From positions 1-54,004 of the forward strand of contig CAJVYS010000005.1 of assembly GCA_913009875.1 (NCBI GenBank): DNA of 54,004 nucleotides, read 5' to 3'. Positions 8,811 through 17,509 of the stretch are shown here, in pieces. A program made the translations under genes and the position numbers. This stretch comes from an uncultured Gammaproteobacteria bacterium (GTDB taxonomy: Bacteria; Pseudomonadota; Gammaproteobacteria; SZUA-152). The stretch's first letter is position 1, and each line of letters starts with the position of its first letter. A model generated the notes under the pieces. The model was not told the origin of the DNA. It ran no database searches and saw only the letters and a program-made list of their open reading frames with translations.

Positions 8811-9968
8811 CTAAATAAAATTTACATGCGTAATGCCGTCCGACCCCAGCGCGTGCAGGTAGCGGTTGATGTCGTCCATGCGGCAATTGGTGCGGCAGTC
8901 GCGGATGTCCAGCTGTTTTCGCACATAACTGAAATTCGCTTTTCTTTCTTCGCCCTGCCAGATGTCCTCGAAGCTTTGCTGATTGAGGTTGCCGTAGTTG
9001 AAGCGCCGGTCGGTGAGATAGGCGCTGCAACCGTACACGGAGCCGTCCGCCATCACGTAGGCCCAGAAGAAGGGCGTGGCGCTGCAGCGGGGATAGCGCT
9101 GTTCCCGCTGCTCGCCGAGCTTGCGCATGGTGTTGCTGCGGAATATCACGCTGAAACCGTCGCGGTTTTCCGCCGCCAGTTCGGCGGCCAGCTGGTCCAT
9201 GTCGTCGTAGGTAATGCCTTCGTAGACATGGGTATTACTGAACAGGTGTTGGGAGTAGGGTTTCACCACCAGGTAGTCGAGGCCGATGTGGTCGCGGCAG
9301 AGGCGCGCCAGCTCGACCATTTCGTGGCGATTCTCCGGCAGCAGCAGGGATTGCGCCCCCAGGGTGCAGCGATGACCGTGCTGCTCGCGCTGTTCGACCA
9401 GGCGTTGCAGGTTGGCGACCACGCGCGGGAAATCCTCGGCATCGGTGCGGTGGATGTCGGCGTAGGTGGTCGCGCGGCCGGCGTTCACCGAGGCCTTGAT
9501 CCAGGACAGGTGCGGCAGGCCGCGATCGAGAAATTTGTCGGAGACCACCGTGGCGTTGCTGGTGATGGCGGTGTCGATGCCACTCTCGGCGCAGACCTCG
9601 ATCATCTCCGGCAGCTGCTTGTGCAGCAGGGGCTCACCCTCGCCGGCGAACATGATGCTCTTCACCCCCAGCTCGCCCATTTCCCGCAGCCGTGGCGTGA
9701 TGCGCTGCAGATCCAGGCGCTGGGCCTGATAACCGATGTAGTCCACTGCGCAGAAGGTGCAGCGGTGATTGCAGGCACCGACGGGGGAGAGCTCCACATA
9801 CAGGGGATAGACACTGCGGGCCTTTTGCCAATCGTCGCCCACGTCCAACCACTGGGTAACTCGCCGGGGGTGGTAGATCAGCTTGTGGCCGTCGATGGCG
9901 AAGCGGTCCGTGCCTGGTGTTGCGGGCCGGGCGGGCTTTTCAAATTGGACGAGGGTTGACGATTTCAT
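8811..9968 (-). CDS. Radical SAM protein with SPASM/twitch-like domain (paralog B)
   Basis: CNHRCTFC, GEGEPLLH, GSVYGC and CRTNC motifs. Confidence 0.87.
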   Translation of the reverse strand: MKSSTLVQFEKPARPATPGTDRFAIDGHKLIYHPRRVTQWLDVGDDWQKARSVYPLYVELSPVGACNHRCTFCAVDYIGYQAQRLDLQRITPRLREMGELGVKSIMFAGEGEPLLHKQLPEMIEVCAESGIDTAITSNATVVSDKFLDRGLPHLSWIKASVNAGRATTYADIHRTDAEDFPRVVANLQRLVEQREQHGHRCTLGAQSLLLPENRHEMVELARLCRDHIGLDYLVVKPYSQHLFSNTHVYEGITYDDMDQLAAELAAENRDGFSVIFRSNTMRKLGEQREQRYPRCSATPFFWAYVMADGSVYGCSAYLTDRRFNYGNLNQQSFEDIWQGEERKANFSYVRKQLDIRDCRTNCRMDDINRYLHALGSDGITHVNFI

Positions 9969-10007
9969 GGCGCTGCTTCGATCTGCTGGGTGGTTTGGGT
10001 GGGAATT

Positions 10008-10024
10008 AGCAGATTGTGTGCCAG
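10008..10024 (-). promoter_or_regulatory. Sigma-54 (-24/-12) promoter candidate for the radical SAM/sugar cluster
   Basis: Minus strand CTGGCACACAATCTGCT, near-consensus TGGCAC-N5-(T)TGC, 40 bp upstream of ATG 9968. Confidence 0.7.
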
Positions 10025-10090
10025 CTTGTCAGTTGCTCAGAAGGAGGCGTCTACTTGTCGTGATAGCCTCGCTTGAATTAGTCTGCCCCC

Positions 10091-10654
10091 ATGTCTCAAT
10101 CATCGTGTGATACCGACGTCCCCACCGGGGTCCATTTTCAGGCCGAGCTGCCCATCGCCTGGGAGCCGCTGCCGGGGCCGCCCTCGGAGGTTGAACGGCT
10201 GAGTGAAAGCCAGGCCAACGAGGAATTGCTGGGCAATCTGCTGGTTCTCGATGAGGCCGTCACCGAGCCGGAGGAGGACGCGCAGCAGGAACACTGGCGG
10301 CGGGTGGAGGCCAAGCTCGACCTGATGCTGAGCCTGCTCGGCGAGATGCTGGCCGGGCAGCGTGGGTTGCCGGTGGCCCGCCCGGTGTGCCTCGGCGGTG
10401 AGGTGTTGTGTATCGACGGCATCAGTGACCAACCCCTGCCGGCGGCGGGTGAATGGCTGCGGGTGCAGCTGTACCTGGTGCCGAGCATCCCGCGCCCGCT
10501 GATGGTGGATGCCGAGGTACTGCCGACCGAGGCGCCGAACCGGCTGTTGCTGCGCCTGACGGGCCTGCCGGAAACCACCCGCGACCTGCTCGAACGCTTC
10601 GTCTTTCGCCAGCATCGGCGTGCAATTGCACAGGCCAGGAGCCACGCCTCTTAA
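10091..10654 (+). CDS. PilZ-domain protein (flagellar-locus type)
   Basis: RVEAKLDLML helix, C-terminal LLERFVFRQHRRAIA typical of PilZ proteins next to fleQ; genomic context. Confidence 0.7.
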   Translation: MSQSSCDTDVPTGVHFQAELPIAWEPLPGPPSEVERLSESQANEELLGNLLVLDEAVTEPEEDAQQEHWRRVEAKLDLMLSLLGEMLAGQRGLPVARPVCLGGEVLCIDGISDQPLPAAGEWLRVQLYLVPSIPRPLMVDAEVLPTEAPNRLLLRLTGLPETTRDLLERFVFRQHRRAIAQARSHAS

Positions 10655-10666
10655 AAACGTTGTCTC

Positions 10667-10774
10667 GTCACACCGCTCTGCGGTGTGTCGCAAGGAAGCC
10701 AGAGTAATCCGCTGAGGTGGAGGTGGCGCTGAGCGCCACAGGATGTGTGACACCGCAGAGCGGTATCACAAGTT
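10667..10774. repeat. Palindromic dispersed repeat (CACCGCTCTGCGGTGT family), copy 1
   Basis: Internal IRs; about 50 bp near-identical inverted copy at 40406-40457. Confidence 0.8.
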
Positions 10775-10901
10775 CAAAGGCGTCCCGCCAAACCACTGAA
10801 TGAATAGTGAGTTGAACCCGCTTCTTTGTATCCGTGTTCAGATAAAACGGATAGCTTACCGTTTTTAAAGGCATTTTTTCTTTAACGCCCGCGACAATAT
10901 T

Positions 10902-10930
10902 TTGACATATTGAAAATCAGGTGTTTTACT
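10902..10930 (+). promoter_or_regulatory. Possible sigma-70 promoter of fleQ
   Basis: TTGACA-N17-TTTACT. Confidence 0.35.
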
Positions 10931-11015
10931 TAGTGGGCCTGGGAAAACTGACGAAGGCCGAGTGCACCGTCAGGACTATCTTGATGGAGTATCAGACCGG
11001 TACACGGAGAAAAAA

Positions 11016-12443
11016 ATGCCCGATTCCATGACCATTCTGCTGGTGGAAGACGACAAGCAGCAGCGCAACAAACTTGCTGCGATACTCGAATTCGTTGCCC
11101 AGGAGCCGATCACCATCATCGACTACCAGGCGGCCAGCGATAAGCTGGACGACGGGGTTGAGGCCATTATTCTGGGTGGTTGCAGCTCCGCAGAGGCACG
11201 CAAGGTAACCTTTGATGCTCTGCGCAAGGCATCTGAAAACATACCCATCCTGGTGCTGGTGGCGGAAAACGGCGAGCGTGATCTTGACAAGGACATGGTC
11301 AAGCACGCCTTCAGTTTGATCAATCTCCCCATGCGTTACGCCGAGGTCTCCGACGCCCTGCACCGCGCCCAGGTCTATCGCCTGAGTCAGAAGCGCGGTG
11401 GTGGTGGTATGAACCTGGAACTTTTCCGTAGTCTGGTGGGTAATAGCCGCGGTATTCTTGAGGTGCACAAGCTCATCGAGCAGGTGGCGGACACGGGCGC
11501 CACGGTGCTGATTCTGGGTGAGTCCGGTACCGGCAAGGAAGTGGTGGCACGCAACCTGCATTACCATTCCTCCCGCCGCGATAAGCTTTTCGTCCCCATC
11601 AACTGCGGCGCCATTCCCGGCGAGTTGCTGGAAAGCGAACTGTTCGGTCACGAGAAGGGCGCCTTCACCGGCGCCATCAGTGCTCGCCGCGGCCGCTTTG
11701 AAATGGCCGAGGGCGGTACCCTGTTCCTTGATGAAATCGGCGATATGCCCACGACCATGCAGGTCAAGCTGTTGCGGGTATTGCAGGAACGCACCTTCGA
11801 GCGTATCGGCGGTAACAAGGTGCTGACCGCGGATGTGCGTATCGTCGCCGCCACCCATCGCAATCTTGATGAGCTGATCAGCACGGGTAATTTCCGCGAA
11901 GACCTGTATTACCGCTTGAATGTCTTCCCCATCGACATGCCACCCCTGCGTGAGCGAATCGATGATGTGCCCTTGCTGGTGAATGAACTGATCGCACGTA
12001 TGGAAAACGAAAAACGTGGCTCGGTGCGCTTTACGCCGGCTGCCCTGATTGCCCTGTGTCAGTACCGCTGGCCGGGTAATGTGCGCGAGCTGTCCAACTT
12101 GCTCGAACGGCTGGTCATCATGCACCCGTACGGTATTGTCGATGTGGGTGATTTACCGGTCAAGTTCCGTCCTGCTGGCAGTGCCGAAAATCTGCCGCAG
12201 ATCACACTGGATCCACAGTTGACACCGGTGATGCCCATGCAGCCCTCCCGGCTGCCACGTGAGGGGCTGGATCTCAAGGAGCATATTTCCACCGTCGAGT
12301 GCTCGCTGATCAAGCAGGCGCTGGATGAGGCAGGTGGCGTGGTGGCCCATGCCGCCAAGCGGTTGAAGATGCGCCGCACCACCCTCGTCGAGAAACTGCG
12401 CAAGTACGGCCTGCAGCGCAGTGAATCCGTGACGGGAATTTGA
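11016..12443 (+). CDS. fleQ: Sigma-54-dependent flagellar master regulator FleQ/FlrA
   Basis: REC-like N-terminus, GESGTGKE, GAFTGA, C-terminal Fis-type HTH (RRTTLVEKLRKY); upstream of fleSR-fliE; start 11016 after GGAG. Confidence 0.9.
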   Translation: MPDSMTILLVEDDKQQRNKLAAILEFVAQEPITIIDYQAASDKLDDGVEAIILGGCSSAEARKVTFDALRKASENIPILVLVAENGERDLDKDMVKHAFSLINLPMRYAEVSDALHRAQVYRLSQKRGGGGMNLELFRSLVGNSRGILEVHKLIEQVADTGATVLILGESGTGKEVVARNLHYHSSRRDKLFVPINCGAIPGELLESELFGHEKGAFTGAISARRGRFEMAEGGTLFLDEIGDMPTTMQVKLLRVLQERTFERIGGNKVLTADVRIVAATHRNLDELISTGNFREDLYYRLNVFPIDMPPLRERIDDVPLLVNELIARMENEKRGSVRFTPAALIALCQYRWPGNVRELSNLLERLVIMHPYGIVDVGDLPVKFRPAGSAENLPQITLDPQLTPVMPMQPSRLPREGLDLKEHISTVECSLIKQALDEAGGVVAHAAKRLKMRRTTLVEKLRKYGLQRSESVTGI

Positions 12444-12496
12444 CCCCGTCTTCGTTCGAATGTCCTAACCGGCTGAATAAAAAGGAAAACATTATT

Positions 12497-12513
12497 TAGG
12501 CACGCATTTTGCT
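12497..12513 (+). promoter_or_regulatory. Sigma-54 promoter of fleSR
   Basis: TAGGCACGCATTTTGCT, GG-N10-GC with near-perfect consensus, upstream of fleS as in Pseudomonas/Vibrio. Confidence 0.8.
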
Positions 12514-12580
12514 CTAATCCGGCTGTCGAGATACCGCCTGCGGGAAAACCCGCAGCGGACAGCAACCGTCAGAGCGAGGC

Positions 12581-13702
12581 GTGACCATGGCCGTACAGCA
12601 GACCCCACAGATTCAGACCCTGGAGCACTCATTTCAGGTCTTCGATCTGGCTTCCCCGCGACGGGAAGCTTCCTATCCGCTACATTCCGTTCGCCTGACA
12701 CCTCCATCCGTTCCGGACAAGGCACAGCACCTGCAAGCCATCTTCAATGCCCTGCCGTCCGGTGTCGTGGTACTGGATGCCTCGGGGCGGGTGCAGGAAT
12801 GCAATCCCGCCGCCATCGAATTGCTCGGTGAACCGCTGACGGGCGAGCAGTGGACCGACATCATCGGTCGTGCCTTTTCTCCTCGCAGTGACGACGGCCA
12901 CGACATCTCGCTGGCCGATGGCCGCCGTGTCAGCATCTCCACCTGCCCGTTGGGCGATGAGCCGGGCCAACTGCTGTTGCTCAACGATGTCACCGAAACC
13001 CGTGAACTGCAGCAGCGTTTGAGCCAGCACCAACGGCTCTCGGCGCTGGGCGAAATGGCCGCCGGCCTCGCCCATCAGGTGCGCACGCCGCTGGCCTCGG
13101 GCCTGTTGTACGCCTCCCAGCTCAAGCGACCCCATCTTGATGTGGAGTCCCGCGCCGAACTGGCTGGCAAGGTGGTCACCCAGCTGCGCCAGCTGGATGC
13201 CCTCACTAACGACATGTTGCTGTTTTCACGCAGTGGCTATGGTGGGGAAGACATCATCGAACTAGACAGCCTGCTTGCCAGCCTGGCCGGCGCAGTGGCG
13301 CCGCACTGCGAGGAACGCAACACCGAATTGCAGATTACCAATGCCTGCGAAGGGGCACGCGTGCAGGGCAATCCACGCACCCTGCTCAGCGCCCTGTTGA
13401 ACCTTACCAACAACGCCATGCAGGCCATGGGGCAGGGTGGTGTGCTGCAGCTGGGGCTGCGTCAGGGCACCTGCAACATGCTGGAAATCACTATTACCGA
13501 CACCGGCCCCGGCATCCCCGCCGAGGTGCGGGAGCATCTCTTCAAACCCTTTTTCACCACCCGTGCCAACGGTACAGGCCTGGGCCTGTCCGTGGTGCAG
13601 GCCGTGGCCCAGGCCAACGGTGGTGGTGTGCGGGTGCATAGCCGGCTGGGCGAGGGCAGCGAATTTATCGTGCAGCTGCCATGCCTGGATGACGGCCAAT
13701 GA
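12581..13702 (+). CDS. fleS: PAS sensor histidine kinase FleS/FlrB
   Basis: PAS domain; LGEMAAGLAHQVRTPL H-box; DTGPGI and GTGLGL boxes. Confidence 0.88.
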   Translation: MTMAVQQTPQIQTLEHSFQVFDLASPRREASYPLHSVRLTPPSVPDKAQHLQAIFNALPSGVVVLDASGRVQECNPAAIELLGEPLTGEQWTDIIGRAFSPRSDDGHDISLADGRRVSISTCPLGDEPGQLLLLNDVTETRELQQRLSQHQRLSALGEMAAGLAHQVRTPLASGLLYASQLKRPHLDVESRAELAGKVVTQLRQLDALTNDMLLFSRSGYGGEDIIELDSLLASLAGAVAPHCEERNTELQITNACEGARVQGNPRTLLSALLNLTNNAMQAMGQGGVLQLGLRQGTCNMLEITITDTGPGIPAEVREHLFKPFFTTRANGTGLGLSVVQAVAQANGGGVRVHSRLGEGSEFIVQLPCLDDGQ

Positions 13703-13739
13703 TCCGTCCGTGGCAACAGACTTCAGTTCAGGAGGTGTT

Positions 13740-15167
13740 ATGAAACAGGCAGTGATTCTGGTCGTGGAAGATGATGCGGAGCTGCGTGGCGCCCTGTGCG
13801 ACACGCTGACCCTGGCGGGCTATGCAGCGGAAACCGCTGACAATGGCTACGCGGCGCTGGATATTCTCGACCGCAAGACGGTGCAGATGGTGATTACCGA
13901 TATCCAGATGCCGCGCATGGATGGCCATACCCTACTAAAACAGATCAAACGGAAATGGCCGCAGTTACCGGTCATGTTGATGACCGCCTTCGGCTCTATT
14001 GAAATGGCGGTCGAGGCCATGCGTGACGGCGCGGTGGATTACCTCACCAAGCCTTTTGAGGCCGAGGTGCTGGCGGCCAATGTGGCGTTGCACGTTGATT
14101 CGCGCGCCGGCGCGGTGATCGGCGCCGACGATGCCGACGACGGCATGGTGGCGGTGGATGCGCGCAGCCGACAACTGGTGGAGCTGTCAAAGCGCGTTGC
14201 TGCCAGTGACGCCACGGTGATGCTCACCGGTGAGAGCGGCGTCGGCAAGGAAGTGCTGGCGCAGTATATCCATCGTCATTCGGCGCGTGCCGATCAGCCC
14301 TTCATCGCCATCAATTGTGCGGCAATCCCCGACAATATGCTTGAGGCCACCCTGTTCGGCTACGAGAAGGGTGCCTTTACCGGCGCCTACAAGGCCTGCC
14401 CCGGCAAGTTTGAACTGGCCCAGGGCGGCACCCTGTTGCTGGATGAAATCTCCGAAATGGATGCCGCCCTGCAGGCCAAGCTGCTGCGCGTGTTGCAGGA
14501 GCGGCAGGTGGAGCGGCTGGGCGGCAACAAGCTCATTGAACTGGATGTGCGTATCCTGGCCACCTCCAACCGCGACATGCGCAAAGAGGTGAAGGCCGGT
14601 CACTTCCGTGAAGACCTGTTCTACCGCCTCAACGTCTTCCCGATTCGCATTCCTGCACTGCGTGAGCGTGCCGACGACATTGTGCCGCTGGCCGAGCGTC
14701 TGTTGCAGAAGCATTTCCGCGTCGTCAGCGGCACGCTTTCTGCTTCTCTTTTGCTGAATAGCCCGGCCAACAGTCCGGCGAAGGCCCCGTTGCTGAGTGC
14801 GACGGCAAAGACACAACTGCAGAGCCATCACTGGCCCGGCAATGTGCGCGAACTGGACAACGTCATCCAGCGTGCGCTGATTCTGTACAACGGTGACTGC
14901 ATTGCCGCCGAGGACATTCAGTACGAACTGGTCGATGAGCTGTCAGCGCTGCCGGATGGTGACGACGACGGCCCCACGTCGCTGGGCGATGAAATGAAGG
15001 GCCATGAATACAGCCGCATCCTGTCGGTGCTCAAGGCCGATCACGGCAACCGCAAGACCGCCGCCGAAAAGCTGGGCATCAGCCAGCGCACCCTGCGCTA
15101 CAAGCTGGCGCGGATGCGTGAAATGGGTATGTCGGTACCGGGCCGCTACGGCGCGGAGATGTCATGA
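13740..15167 (+). CDS. fleR: Sigma-54 response regulator FleR/FlrC
   Basis: REC (VVEDD...TDIQMP), GESGVGKE, GAFTGA, HTH RTLRYKL; GGAGG RBS before ATG 13740. Confidence 0.9.
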   Translation: MKQAVILVVEDDAELRGALCDTLTLAGYAAETADNGYAALDILDRKTVQMVITDIQMPRMDGHTLLKQIKRKWPQLPVMLMTAFGSIEMAVEAMRDGAVDYLTKPFEAEVLAANVALHVDSRAGAVIGADDADDGMVAVDARSRQLVELSKRVAASDATVMLTGESGVGKEVLAQYIHRHSARADQPFIAINCAAIPDNMLEATLFGYEKGAFTGAYKACPGKFELAQGGTLLLDEISEMDAALQAKLLRVLQERQVERLGGNKLIELDVRILATSNRDMRKEVKAGHFREDLFYRLNVFPIRIPALRERADDIVPLAERLLQKHFRVVSGTLSASLLLNSPANSPAKAPLLSATAKTQLQSHHWPGNVRELDNVIQRALILYNGDCIAAEDIQYELVDELSALPDGDDDGPTSLGDEMKGHEYSRILSVLKADHGNRKTAAEKLGISQRTLRYKLARMREMGMSVPGRYGAEMS

Positions 15168-15196
15168 GCAGTCGTTTGTCGGTGGGTAATGATGTA

Positions 15197-15429
15197 CCAC
15201 AGAAACACAGAGCACACAGAGCACATGTAGGAGCGGCCCCTCAGGCCGCGAAGGATTTTACCGCCTCGGGCATTCGCGGCCTGGGGAGCCGCTCCTACAG
15301 GAGGATGTCCATGAGTCCTTTTGTTGTAGGAGCGGGCCATGCCCGCGATGTGGCAAAAATTAACCGCAAAGATGCGCGTATTTGCTGCCCATAGATTTAC
15401 GGGCCTCTGTGTACTCTGTGTCTCTGTGG
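15197..15429. repeat. Nested palindromic element: outer CCACAGA(A/G)ACACAGAG IRs enclosing a GTAG REP doublet (15227-15298) and a single REP (15326-15348)
   Basis: 15197-15221 is the near reverse complement of 15405-15429; GTAGGAGCGGCCCCTCAGGCCGCGAA...TTCGCGGCCTGGGGAGCCGCTCCTAC. Confidence 0.8.
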
Positions 15430-15478
15430 CGCAATGAATGGTTACGGGTTTTACAAGGTTTTACAGGAGGATTCCATC

Positions 15479-15805
15479 ATGAATGAAATCGATACCAGCC
15501 AGTTGTTGGTGCAAATGCGTGCCATGGCCGCCGCCGCGCAGGGGCAGGCCGCTGCCGCTCCAGGGCAGGCCAACGGCACCGCCGAGGACTTCAGCGCCTT
15601 GCTGAAACAGAGCATCGACGGTGTCAATGGCTTGCAGAAAAACTCGGGCAAGCTGGGTAACGCCTTCGTCATGGGCGACTCCAGTGTGAGCCTGGCCGAG
15701 GTGATGATTGCCAAACAGAAATCCGGCATCGCCTTCCAGGCCACGGTGCAGGTGCGCAATAAATTACTGGATGCCTACAAGCAGATCATGGCGATGCAGG
15801 TCTAA
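15479..15805 (+). CDS. fliE: Flagellar hook-basal body protein FliE
   Basis: EVMIAKQKSGIAFQATVQVRNKLLDAYKQIMAMQV; AGGAGG RBS. Confidence 0.95.
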   Translation: MNEIDTSQLLVQMRAMAAAAQGQAAAAPGQANGTAEDFSALLKQSIDGVNGLQKNSGKLGNAFVMGDSSVSLAEVMIAKQKSGIAFQATVQVRNKLLDAYKQIMAMQV

Positions 15806-15865
15806 CCTGTGTTTTTGTACAGTGATTCGATTCGCAGTGATTCAACGTAGGGGCAACGAGCTGAA

Positions 15866-17509
15866 ATGGCACTGGTAAAAGCAGAAGAAATGTCGGCCTC
15901 GTTTTCGGGTCTGAATGGGCTGGACGCACTGCGTCAGATCGGCCTCATGGTCGGCTTGGCGGCCAGCGTGGCCATCGGCGTCACGGTGGTGTTGTGGTCA
16001 TGGACGCCCAACTACGGGGTGCTGTACGGCGCGCTGGCGGAGCAGGATGTCGGCACGGTGCTGGATGCGCTGCGGCAGAGCGGCATCGATGCCAAGCTGG
16101 ACGAAACCTCCGGCGCGGTGCTGGTGCCGGCGTCCGATATTCATTCGGCGCGCATCAAGTTGGCGGCCATGGGACTGCCGAAGGGCGTCAGTGCCGGTTT
16201 TGAGGCGCTGGATAAAAAGAATACCTTCGGCATCAGCCAGTTCATGGAAAAGGCGCGCCACCAGCGGGCGCTGGAGATCGAGCTGGCGCGCACCGTGCAA
16301 AGCCTTCGCAGTGTGCAATCCGCGCGCGTGCATCTGGCGCTGCCGCGACAGTCGGTGTTTGTGCGCAACCGGCAGAAGGCGCGTGCCTCGGTGGTAGTGG
16401 ATCTGTACCCGGGCCGGGTGCTGGAGAAGGGGCAGGTCACGGCCATTGTGCACATGGTGTCCTCCAGTGTGCCGAATCTGGAAACCGCCCAGGTGACGGT
16501 GGTGGATCAGAAGGGCAATCTGCTCACCCAGGGTGATATGGACAAACGGCTGGCCCTGAGCAATTCCCAATTTGAATATACCCGGCGTCTGGAAAAGAGT
16601 TACATCGAGCGCATCGAGGGTATCCTCGGCCCGCTGCTGGGAAGCAACGCCCTGCGCGCCCAGGTGACGGCGGATCTGGATTTTACCGCCAGTGAGCAGA
16701 CTCAGGAAACATACAACCCGGATAGCGCCGTGCTACGCAGCAATCAGACCACCGAGGAATCATCCAGCGGTACGGCCGATGGCGGTATTCCCGGCGCGCT
16801 GAGCAACCAGCCTCCGGGTATCGCGCAGGCACCGGAAACCTTGCCGCAGGGTGAGGGTGCCACGGCTCCCGGTGCGCCAACACACAGCCGCCGCCGTGAG
16901 ATCCGCAACTTCGAGCTGGACAAGACCATTAGCCACACGCGTTATGCCATGGGTAACCTGCGGCGCCTGTCGGTGGCGGTGGTGGTGGATGACAGGGTCA
17001 GTGTCGATGAGGCGGGTCAGGTGACGCGTCAGCAGCGCAGCCCGGAAGAGCTGGAACGTATGACCGAGCTGGTGAAGAAGGCCGTTGGCTTCAATACCGA
17101 GCGCGGCGACAGCGTCAACGTGATCAATTCCGCCTTTACCCTGCCGGCAGAACCCGAGCCCCTGCCGGAGGTGCCCATCTGGGAACAGCCCTGGGCGCAG
17201 GATCTGGTGAAGAAGGGTGTGGGTGGCCTGTTGGTGTTGTTGTTGATCTTCGGTGTGCTGAAGCCGGTGATGAAGTCACTGGCCGCGCCGCGGGCGCAGG
17301 AACTGATCGCTGCCAGTGAGGGCGGGGAGGGTGCTGCCGATGGTATTGCCGAGGACACCGTAAGCCTGAGCCAACAAGCGGTGCAACCGGCACTGGGTGG
17401 GCCGCCCGGCTCCTATGAGCAGAATCTGGCCACGGCCAATGCGGCCATCGAACAGGATCCGAAACTGGTGGCGCAGGTGGTAAAAAACTGGGTTAAGCAG
17501 GATGGCTGA
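15866..17509 (+). CDS. fliF: Flagellar MS-ring protein FliF
   Basis: Two TM segments, ARVHLALP, GIPGALSNQPP, RRLSVAVVV. Confidence 0.95.
   Translation: MALVKAEEMSASFSGLNGLDALRQIGLMVGLAASVAIGVTVVLWSWTPNYGVLYGALAEQDVGTVLDALRQSGIDAKLDETSGAVLVPASDIHSARIKLAAMGLPKGVSAGFEALDKKNTFGISQFMEKARHQRALEIELARTVQSLRSVQSARVHLALPRQSVFVRNRQKARASVVVDLYPGRVLEKGQVTAIVHMVSSSVPNLETAQVTVVDQKGNLLTQGDMDKRLALSNSQFEYTRRLEKSYIERIEGILGPLLGSNALRAQVTADLDFTASEQTQETYNPDSAVLRSNQTTEESSSGTADGGIPGALSNQPPGIAQAPETLPQGEGATAPGAPTHSRRREIRNFELDKTISHTRYAMGNLRRLSVAVVVDDRVSVDEAGQVTRQQRSPEELERMTELVKKAVGFNTERGDSVNVINSAFTLPAEPEPLPEVPIWEQPWAQDLVKKGVGGLLVLLLIFGVLKPVMKSLAAPRAQELIAASEGGEGAADGIAEDTVSLSQQAVQPALGGPPGSYEQNLATANAAIEQDPKLVAQVVKNWVKQDG

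Noticed and set aside
1072-9968. RiPP cluster (radical SAM/SPASM peptide maturases)
   Set aside because: No precursor peptide, RRE/PqqD domain, protease or exporter seen; neighbours are sugar enzymes
15164-15394. 76-aa ORF between fleR and fliE
   Set aside because: Translation of REP palindromes (VGAAPQAA, VGAGHARD)
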